Positions 10,301 through 17,819 of a stretch of 17,819 bases of DNA are shown piece by piece. Location: positions 9,367,817-9,385,635 of the forward strand of contig JANKJI020000001.1 of NCBI GenBank assembly GCA_024626585.2. The letters are read 5' to 3'. The notes beneath the pieces are model-generated. The model ran no database searches. It had not been told where the DNA came from and saw only the letters and a program-made list of their open reading frames with translations. This DNA comes from Ginkgo biloba (lineage: Eukaryota; Plantae; Ginkgophyta). Every line of letters begins with the position of its first letter. The stretch's first letter is position 1. The translations under genes and the position numbers were made by a program.

Positions 10301-13300
10301 TAACTAACATGCATTGTGTGACCTATGATGAGAGGTCTTGACACTCTCTTCTCCATGCTTCGTTCTTACTATTTGCAACCTTGCTTTGGCTTCATGGGCT
10401 TGTCTTCCTGTAAATATAAGTCACCTTGGGAGGGGGCCATCAANNNNNNNNNNGAGTTAAGTTGAGGTCGTTGACACTTGGGCCAAAGGTTAATGTTTGA
10501 GTGGCAGTGCATGGTTCCCTGCCAGTATGAAGTCTAGCTTTTGCAAATTTGCAGGCAACCATTCATGTTCAATACAACAAAGGGGAGTACGCATGGCATC
10601 TCCTTCTTATTTCTAAAAGTAGTAGTAGTAGTTGTAGTAATAATAACAACTACAACAACAACAATGCTAGTCCAATAAGAGCTGAAGTTCTTGCAGTGTC
10701 GATATTTGTAAACATTTCTTGAAAACTCTGCTGATAGGTGCTGATGTTGTGTTTAAGGACTATGTTGACATGTTTTGGCACCACAGGTGAGAACCATGTG
10801 ATTAGATACCAATGTCCTCTGTAGGGCCTGTAATGAAAGTTCTTGATGCCCTTCAACATGCTTGGTTGATACTTTTGGACAATCTTCCCTTGTACTTTGT
10901 GGGATTGTCTTCTCATATGTGAATATGAGTTACCATGGGATGGAGCCTACAAATTGAGCATTATTTGCAAGTTGAGTGAGATCTTGGACACTGGAGCTGA
11001 ATGCTGATAACATTCAAGTAGCAATGCACGGGTCTCTGTCAGTACATATTAAATTCTAGCTTTAGCAAATCTGCAGACAACCATGCATGTTCGGTGCAAC
11101 AAAGGGGACTGCATAAGGTGCCTTCTTCCCATGTCTAAAAGTAATATCATAATCCATTAAGGGGTAGAAAGATAACTAAAATATATTTGATTGAACCTCC
11201 TCTAATATATAATCCTATCTGATATCTCTCCTAGATATAGATCGATATCCATTAATAGCTAACTCTAGTGATGATGTCCTACATTTGGCCCTATAAAGAG
11301 TGGATGTAGAAATGGCCATAACTCTACNNNNNNNNNNNNNNNNNNNNNNNNNNNNNNNNNNNNNNNNNNNNNNNNNNNNNNNNNNNNNNNNNNNNNNNNN
11401 NNNNNNNNNNNNNNNNNNNNNNNNNNNGGTGAGGGACATGTTTGGGGGAAGCCCGGTTGGTTATGTGGAGGCCAAGGAATTTTAGTCAGGGGTGAGAAAC
11501 CCCTCAAAATGATTTACTCTGTGTAAAGATCCCATCCTCCCCAATTCCTTGGGCACCAAATTCGAAGAGTTGATTGAAAACAAGGGGACATCTTCCTTTA
11601 ACGACACCTTTTTAGTCATATCTCCAATTGGATCGCAGGCTCAACAGAGCCACACATTTTACTTGGAGTATGTTATCCCCAAGTGCAAAAAGAGGGGCAC
11701 GTCATTGTGCATCAAAGAAATAGCATTCAAAGTGCCCAAAATAGCGTTGCTCCAGTTTGATCAGACCGGTCTCTTAAAGCCCTTCATCATAGGTACTTCT
11801 CTTCGCACCTCAAAGATTGAGCACCTTTCCTTACTGGAAATTTACTCTTTTATTTGAAGAACTTGATTTGACATGCACGAGCTTAGTCATCAACACATGG
11901 TTAAATGATATTGTCAGATCTCTTTATGTGCTTCAGGGAGCTCCAGATTAGGCTGTTCTTATCCTTAATGACAAAAACTTGAAAGCTGTATTGACATATG
12001 CCTCATTTGGATTTCAATCACTGCCAACACAGATGTGAATCTTAGCACCGCACTTTTTACTGTAGGCCTCTTAACACTAGTCACTGGGAGTTTCTTTCTG
12101 AAAGATTGTTTCGATTTGTTGGGAATTTCCATCAACATATGTGAATGCATGTAAGAGAAAATTGTTATTGTTTACATTCTTTTTGTATTCATCTATACGG
12201 CATGGAATTTCAGATGGAATCAGAATATCCCCAATCACTCTCAGAACCAGAAAATATTCTGTTCCAATTTTTTGTTTTTGAATAGTGCTAGTTTCGGGAT
12301 AACCTTCATGGAAAAACTCCACGTCCTCTCAAGTAACAGCTGTTCACTCTATTTGTACACTGCATCAGTGAGAAAAACTGTCCACACCAAAGGTGGAGCA
12401 AAACGGACGTTTGTAACATAAGATCTTTTTGACTTGGAGTAGGAAATGTTTTGTTACATTNNNNNNNNNNNNNNNNNNNNNNNNNNNNNNNNNNNNNNNN
12501 NNNNNNNNNNNNNNNNNNNNNNNNNNNNNNNNNNNNNNNNNNNNNNNNNNNNNNNNNNNNNNNNNNNNNNNNNNNNNNNNNNNNNNNNNNNNNNNNNNNN
12601 NNNNNNNNNNNNNNNNNNNNNNNNNNNNNNNNNNNNNNNNNNNNNNNNNNNNNNNNNNNNNNNNNNNNNNNNNNNNNNNNNNNNNNNNNNNNNNNNNNNN
12701 NNNNNNNNNNNNNNNNNNNNNNTGCAGACACTTGTGAGTGGAGCGGCTACAAGTGATAATCATCGGCAAGCAACTATTCAATTGGAAGTTGAGGTCACTG
12801 CATGGCACAGCAGCTTTTGTAGTCTAATAAAGAGTCAGAGGGAATATATTTGTGCTCTTCATGAGTGGGTACGGCTCAGTCTCCGTCAGCTAGGGAATGA
12901 AGCGGTTAGGGAATATGGCAAATGTCCTCCCATTTATACTCTCTGTGAGGAGTGGAAACTAGCACTTGAAAGACTGCCACACAAGGTTGCTTCTGAGGCC
13001 ATAAAAAGCTTTGTTGCGGTTATTCGTGCCATAGTACTGCAGCAAGGTGAGGAACAAAAGCATAAGAGGAAAACAGAAAGCCTTTCTAAGGAAGTACAGA
13101 AGAAAATGATTTCTTTGAACAATATCGAAAAGAAGTATTATAGTTCTTATTCCCTCCCTGCCAGGACAGGAGCAGCACCAGATGCTGGATATGAATTTGA
13201 CCCCAGAGATCCCCTGGCAGAAAAACGAGCAGAAATTGATTCATATAAAAGAAGGATTGAAGATGAAAAGTCCAACTGTACGAAATCTGCTAAAGTTACT

Positions 13301-13453
13301 AGAGAAATGACCTTAAATAGTATACAAACAGGCCTTCCAGGTGTATTTCAAGTGATGTCTGGTTTCTCCAGTGTCTGTATGCATGCCTTTGAGGCTGTCT
13401 ATAACCAGACCAAGTCTTTTGATGATCATTCCTCTGTTAGAATGTTGAAGTAG
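420..13453 (+). CDS. DUF630/DUF632 domain protein (nitrate regulatory gene 2 / ROLLING AND ERECT LEAF 2 / APSR1-like), spliced 4-exon gene: 420-1348, 1689-1873, 2532-2755, (start within gap 12461-12722)-13453
   Basis: The N-terminus [41 protein letters not shown] is DUF630-like and is followed by a Pro/Ser-rich linker. DUF632 motifs appear in order: [63 protein letters not shown]. Introns 1 and 2 are GT-AG with matching phases (1 and 0). The intron 3 donor is phase 2 and its acceptor is hidden in a gap. Confidence 0.93.
1689..1873 (+). CDS. Exon 2 of the DUF630/632 gene
   Basis: Acceptor CTACAG at 1683-1688 follows a U-rich tract. The exon encodes [26 protein letters not shown]...[20 protein letters not shown]. 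Donor AGG|GTACTG at 1873/1874 (phase 0). Confidence 0.92.
2284..2418 (+). repeat. Degenerate ~24-bp minisatellite (5-6 units, consensus ~TTCTTGTATAATTTCTGAATTGGAA) in intron 2
   Basis: Units include ttcctgtataaaatctgaattggaa / ttcttgtttaatcctgcattcaag / ttcctatatagtttctaatttggaa / ttattgtatatttgtgaattggag / ttcttgtataatttctggattggaa. Confidence 0.65.
2532..2755 (+). CDS. Exon 3 of the DUF630/632 gene (probable coiled-coil segment)
   Basis: Acceptor CTGCAG ends at 2531. The exon encodes [25 protein letters not shown]...[44 protein letters not shown]. Donor GG|GTAAAA at 2755/2756 (phase 2). Confidence 0.92.
3135..3320 (-). mobile_element. Possible highly decayed Gypsy chromodomain / pol 3' end remnant
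   Basis: Frameshifted minus-strand pieces RN.T..LVK..W..YSPLDA...[15 protein letters not shown] are followed by a G-rich tract (GGGTGGGG). This resembles chromovirus pol ends but needs several frameshifts. Confidence 0.25.
4125..4435. mobile_element. Probable DNA-transposon/MITE subterminal fragment bounded by gaps
   Basis: The motif GCATAACTTTCGAACCACAACTCCGTTTTT...AACTCTACAATT resembles recalled plant TIR-element subterminal motifs. It sits next to assembly gaps, as expected of a repeat. No TIR pair was seen. Confidence 0.3.
5543..6110 (-). mobile_element. Decayed Ty3/Gypsy gag (Retrotrans_gag-like) pseudogene
   Basis: Hand translation in one frame: [65 protein letters not shown]...[28 protein letters not shown]. 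This fits the PKF.G / A..WF..LP..SI..W / SV..Y..R gag pattern and has 7 in-frame stops. Confidence 0.85.
6454..6471 (-). other. Decayed primer-binding site (tRNA-Arg type, Tat/Ogre-like) of the Gypsy element
   Basis: The minus strand reads TAGTGACCATACTAGGGA against the recalled consensus TGGCGACTCCGCTGGGGA: 11/18 identical, and 5 of the 7 mismatches are C>T or G>A. It lies upstream of gag and 5 nt from an LTR-like end. Confidence 0.45.
6477..8295 (-). mobile_element. Putative 5' LTR region of the minus-strand Gypsy element (may be composite or nested)
   Basis: On the minus strand it begins TGTACCCC (8295) and ends GTCAATA (decayed ..CAACA) next to the PBS. It is AT-rich and non-coding, with internal subrepeats such as ccttcaaccttgctagaagaaaacac at ~6837 vs cctttaccttgctagagaatacac at ~7090. 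Confidence 0.4.
8296..8472 (+). mobile_element. LTR 3' end (...TATCA at 8459) plus decayed tRNA-iMet PBS (8461-8472)
   Basis: TATCA-T-TGGTACCAAAGC against the canonical CA-N-TGGTATCAGAGC, with 2 transition mismatches. Confidence 0.5.
9700..9770 (+). mobile_element. Gypsy (chromovirus-like) pol-end / PPT / 3' LTR junction; LTR starts ~9737
   Basis: ctttaaggacaaagcattttaatgagggatgcat-TATAATG resembles the recalled junction cttgaggacaagca...gggagg..-TGTAATG, with G>A decay of the terminal TG. Confidence 0.45.
9770..11165 (+). repeat. Diverged tandem array of a ~500-520-bp unit: two near-complete copies (~10150-10620, ~10620-11145), a deleted copy upstream and the start of another
   Basis: Colinear matches between copies: tagtccattaag..gttcttgtagtgtc / tagtccaataag..gttcttgcagtgtc; gtgagagccatgt / gtgagaaccatgt; tctagcttttgcaaatttgcaggcaaccattcatgttc / tctagctttagcaaatctgcagacaaccatgcatgttc. 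Unit ends are tcgaaaagta (10141) and tctaaaagta (10612, 11134). Confidence 0.8.
10619..10664 (+). repeat. Compound (TAG)n(TAA)n(CAA)n microsatellite at a unit junction of the array
   Basis: gtagtagtagtagttgtagtaataataacaactacaacaacaacaa seen directly. A similar tract occurs at ~9771-9805. Confidence 0.8.
11269..11704. mobile_element. Probable LTR (solo, or collapsed across the 100-N gap)
   Basis: Begins TGATGATGTCCTACATTTGGCC and ends GTGCAAAAAGAGGGGCACGTCA, giving TG...CA termini with an imperfect inverted repeat. No matching TSD (TCTAG vs TTGTG). Confidence 0.45.
12723..13453 (+). CDS. Exon 4 (visible part; 5' end lies in gap 12461-12722) of the DUF630/632 gene
   Basis: Open frame [42 protein letters not shown]...[27 protein letters not shown]...[18 protein letters not shown], ending at TAG 13451-13453. 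Confidence 0.92.
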
Positions 13454-13754
13454 TTGCTACATGCTTCTAAATTAGAGGAAGCCATTAATGATAGGAATAA
13501 GAATTTGGCTGCTTCCAGCCACCAGAGATTCAATTGATATCACCATTGGTGATGGGCAATTTTGATCTAGTTCTATATGAAAAATAGTAACTGTTGTAGG
13601 TGCACTCAAAAGTTCATAGAGTGCTCTTCTTGTAGATATTATTTTCCACATGGAGGCCCTTTATGTACAGATTGTATCAATAATATTTGTGTTGGGCCTT
13701 CCTATGAAGTTATCAAGGCACTCATCCTTTCTTTTTTCTTTGATGCATACTGGG

Positions 13755-13760
13755 AATAAA
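13755..13760 (+). promoter_or_regulatory. Candidate polyadenylation signal AATAAA
   Basis: About 300 nt after the stop, preceded by U-rich and followed by GU-rich sequence. Confidence 0.35.
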
Positions 13761-14216
13761 ATTGGTGGTTGGTTTAGTTGTTTGATTGATGTGTGCAAGA
13801 TACACACAAGGTTTGTAGAAGTTAGCAAGAGGAATTTTGTTTTAGCTTTTGGTATTGCTCACTAGAAATTTAAAAACATGCTGAAAAGAAAATTTGTAAA
13901 CCATATTGTAGGGAATTAGATGCTAGGAAGTTGAGGGAGGCAGTTGATGGTTATGCTGAGGTTTTATCCAACAACCTCTCAAGCCATTGAATTTAAGCAT
14001 GGCTTGTTGCATTGGAAGGACATATTTTGGCAGTGCTATGAAAGGGTACTTTAATCATAATTCCTTGTATGTGTCTTCGATCTTCGGTAAGTGACATTGG
14101 TGGAGATGCAATCNNNNNNNNNNNNNNNNNNNNNNNNNNNNNNNNNNNNNNNNNNNNNNNNNNNNNNNNNNNNNNNNNNNNNNNNNNNNNNNNNNNNNNN
14201 NNNNNNNNNNNNNTCA

Positions 14217-14807
14217 TGTGATATGGACAAAAAAAACACAATATGAATGGACCAAAACACAATACCCTCCTACAATCACAGGCACACAAGTAGGTCTACA
14301 AAACCTAATCATCAACCCCTACTACCCCAATCTAGTTTGAAGAAGAAGAAAGGAAACAATTTGACGAGAGCTCTAACAAAAATCGTAATCCAATTTTTCA
14401 ATATCAAAAGAATTCAAGGTGTTACAAGGGAAGTAAGATGAGAAAGAACCAATCAATAAAAAGGATGCATTTGATATCCAAATCTTGATTCATGATTCTT
14501 CTATGACCAAAAGCCTTGCATGCTAAGTTTAGAAGAAGTGTTGTAACACATTTGACCACAACAAATATCTATCAAAAGTTTTCGAAATACCACAATGATC
14601 ATATTTAACTCTAGCTCAAAAAGCTACGATGCAACACAAATAGACGACACTTACTTGAAATGGAGTCAAATCGATAGAAACTCGGGCAACATTTCCTCTT
14701 CGTTGAGCACAAACACATGATAGAAATAAACGCAATACTTCATACACGAAAATGTTTACAGATTCATTATCTGATATTGCATCACATCCTTTACAAGGGA
14801 TCTTACA
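14217..14807. mobile_element. Possible LTR fragment
   Basis: TGTGATAT...GGGATCTTACA gives TG...CA termini next to a 100-N gap. It is non-coding and A-rich, and a TSD cannot be tested. Confidence 0.25.
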
Positions 14808-15579
14808 TGTTTGATCCCTTGATTTTGCCCAGTCTGATGCCTGCTAGTAGCATATGGTTTTCATCCAATTGGTTACCATGCCCGGATCTTTTCCTAAAAC
14901 CTGTCATTGATGCATCGCTTACTATGAAATATATTTTTTTCCAGGATTGAAAGATTCTCCTAGTGCTTTGGAGGGTATTAAACATGCAATAACTTGATCA
15001 ACTTCAGGATGTTCTCTCCAACTATCAGACACATGCTTGAGTCTATCATTTGATCTAGTGAAAGTTTCAGTTTTTACCATTTTGGCAGCCTGTTTTGGCT
15101 CCCCATCTTGATGACCACGTTTCAATCACTATTGCCTCTCTTTGAATTCCCTTTAGAGAATCTCAATGGATGCCTCCACATGCTTGCCTCCTCTTCTCCC
15201 TCTATCAAGGGAGAGGCATTCAAGTCCATGCTACTAATCAATTCTTTTGTTTCGTAAATTTTGTCCACTTCTTCTTCTATCTATGCCAAAAACTGAGAAA
15301 GGACCAAATTGTTGCACAGCTAAGGAAATTTGCTCCTAGTAAAGCTCTGTCACCAAACTCTAGATTGGTACCCATGATTATTACATGCTCATTGAGGATG
15401 AGCTCATTCCATTAAGGCATTTTTGCTTTTCGGGTCAATGAGTTCATTTTGAAAACAATATCTCCTTTTTGGGTTGCTAATTTTGGCAAACCATGGAGCT
15501 TGGATGTAATTTCTCACTTTCTGTCTGCATTATTTCCAGAGTACAACTTCCACAAATAATGCAACCACATTCTTTAACT

Positions 15580-16173
15580 CTAACATTCCCCTTTAATGAC
15601 AACTTCCTTCATCCCTAATAAATTGCGAAGATGGATGAACTTTGCTTCCATCAAGGACTTGGTGAAGATGCCAGCAACCTGTTGCTCAGTGGAACAATGC
15701 TCCTAATGAACAATGCCAGCAACAACTAGATCCTAAATGTAATGGGTATCAATGTCAATGTGCGTAGTCTTGGAGTGGTACACCAGATTGCATGCAAGTT
15801 GAATGGTACTCTGATTATCACATCTCAACTCAGAGGGATCGATCTATATCACTCCAAGCTCCTCCAAAACCTGCCATATCTACACAACTTCCTTTGCTAC
15901 TTCCTTAGTTACCCTGTATTTTGCTTCACAAGAAGAAGAGAGTTGGTTCTCAACTTCTTGCTGGACCAAGGATCGGACCTGAACCAAGATGAAACACATA
16001 ACCTAGAGTAGATTTCCTATCATCGGTATCTCTTGCCCAATTTGAGTCTATATAACGAATGAGTGACACTTTTCCCCCTTTAACATAATGAACACCAAAA
16101 TTATAGGTACCCTTAAGATATCTCAAGATTCTGTTAACTGCCTTCCAATGGCTTTCATGAGGCTTCTGCATGA
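15580..16173 (-). mobile_element. Decayed Ty1/Copia pol 3' end (RT C-terminus + RNase H), with PPT at 15586-15596 and 3' LTR starting at 15585
   Basis: MQKPHESHWKAVNRILRYLKGT...DSNWARDTDDRKSTLGYVF..WSSKK..SSCEAKY...CDNQSTIQLACNLVYHSKTTHIDIDTHYI...EQQVAGIFTKSL..AKFIHLRNLLG, with 2 frameshifts and several stops. It ends AAAGGGGAA-TGTTAGAG. Confidence 0.93.
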
Positions 16174-16949
16174 NNNNNNNNNNNNNNNNNNNNNNNNNNN
16201 NNNNNNNNNNNNNNNNNNNNNNNNNNNNNNNNNNNNNNNNNNNNNNNNNNNNNNNNNNNNNNNNNNNNNNNNNATGACTGTGAACTAAGGTGGGCAAAGG
16301 AGTTCTTGATTATTTTGTATATTTTTGCCCACTTGCATGTGGTGTTTTTAATGGTTAACAAATTTCAATCTTATTTAGTTTTCCTCGCCCACTTGTGTGT
16401 GGACCTACTAAGTCAGCTTTCATTGCCCTCTTGTGTGTGGAGCTCGTTTGTGGCTATGTTGTTTGGAGCTAAACACAGGACACATCATATTTCCAATCTT
16501 ATGATGGAACTTCCCCATTGCCCTCCACAATAATCAGATCCCAGTGATATTCCTGACCCCACCTGGTCATTTTCTACCATTTTAGCACAAAATCACTCCA
16601 CTTTCTGCATTAATCAAATGTTGCAACTTGCTTGAAGTACAAGCTACTTCACTGTTTACTAGTACACCGACCATTGCTAAGTTCCATCCAAATCCCTTGT
16701 TTGGATTTCCATTTGAAGATATCTTGATTGTTTTGATAACATTGACTATTATCACAGTTCGATTGAGGAGCAAAATATTATTGAAATTGTTCTTGCTTTC
16801 TAAGGTGGTGCAATCTCTTTGTATCATCAGTTGCTGGAATTTTCCTAGCAATATTGGGTGTTGTTGCATTCCGTCCTCCTTCAACCTTTTGGCCTTACAA
16901 ATAGTGTGCTAATCGGTTATGTAACATTAAACAAGGCCCTATTGAAAGA

Positions 16950-17550
16950 GTCAACATGAGGAAGGTTTGTAGAAAGTCATGTTGGTCTCATCAAGAAACT
17001 GTACATAAACTAATTGTTTATGTCAAATAGGAAGGGTTAAGGCTTTTTAAGGAGTGCACATGCGGGGCCTTGTCAAAGACATACCCTAAAGCATTTGTTA
17101 AAAGTGTATAAGACAGAGGAGCAAGATGACACCTTGTGGAATTGACTTTTGTAAAGAAATTAGATTAGAAACAACATTTATAATGACCTTAGTAGAAGCA
17201 AAGGTAAAATGAGTTCGAATTGCATTATAGAAGTGTTGCTAGAACCAAGCTTCTTATCATAGCTAAGATTAAATCCTTGTGAACTTTGTTATATGTTTTC
17301 CAAACTTAATCCTAAAAAATGACGCTCGTCGTTGTGACTCACGAATCCATTCTATCATTTCACTAAATGCTAATTAATTGTCCAAAATGAAAACACCTTT
17401 AACCTAGTTTGCCCTCTCTTCATAATATTTTTTTTTTGTTTTGAAAATGAGTATATTTATATTGCAGTATGATATAGAAAAATTAAACATGCAAATCCTC
17501 AATGCAAGAACTTGGACAAAAGCTTATAAGAAATATTAAGCAAGGTGTAT
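16950..17550 (-). mobile_element. Decayed L1-clade LINE reverse transcriptase fragment
   Basis: Ordered RT motifs on the minus strand across frameshifts: TLLNISYKLLSK.LALRI; KGVFILDN..AFSEMIEWIRES; RIKFGK.YNKV (=KIDFEKAYDRV); SLQKSIPQG/CHLAPL (=SIRQGCPLAP); QFLDET (=QFADDT). Confidence 0.85.
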
Positions 17551-17819
17551 TAATCTGTCTTAAATATAAGAAGTGACCAACATTTAGTTGCTATTTACGA
17601 ATCCTATAGGAAAGAATGTCAAATTTGATTACATTGTTTTTCCTACTGCTGGAAGAGAATTTTGCCAACAAGGATATAACTCATCCATTGAATAACCTTT
17701 CCAAGCCCACAATGTAAGGAATGAGTAAACATTTATCACATAATCATTTCAAGAAGATATACACAACAATGATAGAGAATACGAAAGGCTCTATTAGAAG
17801 AAGGGGTAGTTATGAGACT

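Noticed and set aside
10425-10443. GGGGGCCATCA as the end of an LTR starting at 9737
   Set aside because: The same segment recurs inside the next tandem unit (ggatggagcctacaaa at ~10938), so it is part of the repeat unit.
9770-11165. Repeats read as a CRISPR-like or other programmable array (also 2284-2418)
   Set aside because: The units are diverged whole-length duplicates without unique spacers, the context is a plant intron, and no associated enzyme gene is present.
12723-12727. TGCAG as the exon 4 acceptor
   Set aside because: It would be phase 0 while the exon 3 donor is phase 2, so it would frameshift and drop a conserved segment.
16582-16912. Overlapping ~95-100 aa ORFs on both strands (similarly 9178-9465, 11549-11857, 14922-15125)
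   Set aside because: No recognisable motifs or splice context, and they lie among TE remains.

Overview
This is eukaryotic plant DNA from a gapped draft assembly. The long TE-filled intron suggests a gymnosperm, but that is inference. The window holds one real protein-coding gene on the + strand: a 4-exon DUF630/DUF632 (NRG2/REL2/APSR1 family) gene. Its exons are 420-1348, 1689-1873, 2532-2755 and a last exon that starts inside the 12461-12722 gap and ends at the stop at 13453, giving roughly 700 aa. Intron 3 is at least ~9.7 kb. It carries a decayed antisense Ty3/Gypsy gag with a probable PBS and LTR, other LTR/PBS/PPT remnants, and a diverged ~500-bp tandem array. Downstream of the gene lie a decayed Ty1/Copia RT-RNase H end and a decayed L1 LINE reverse transcriptase, both on the minus strand. 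I found no evidence for a novel multi-gene system. The best leads are the apparent NRG2/APSR1 mosaic character of the protein and the ~500-bp intronic array. Family comparisons come from recalled sequences and motifs, not from database searches.
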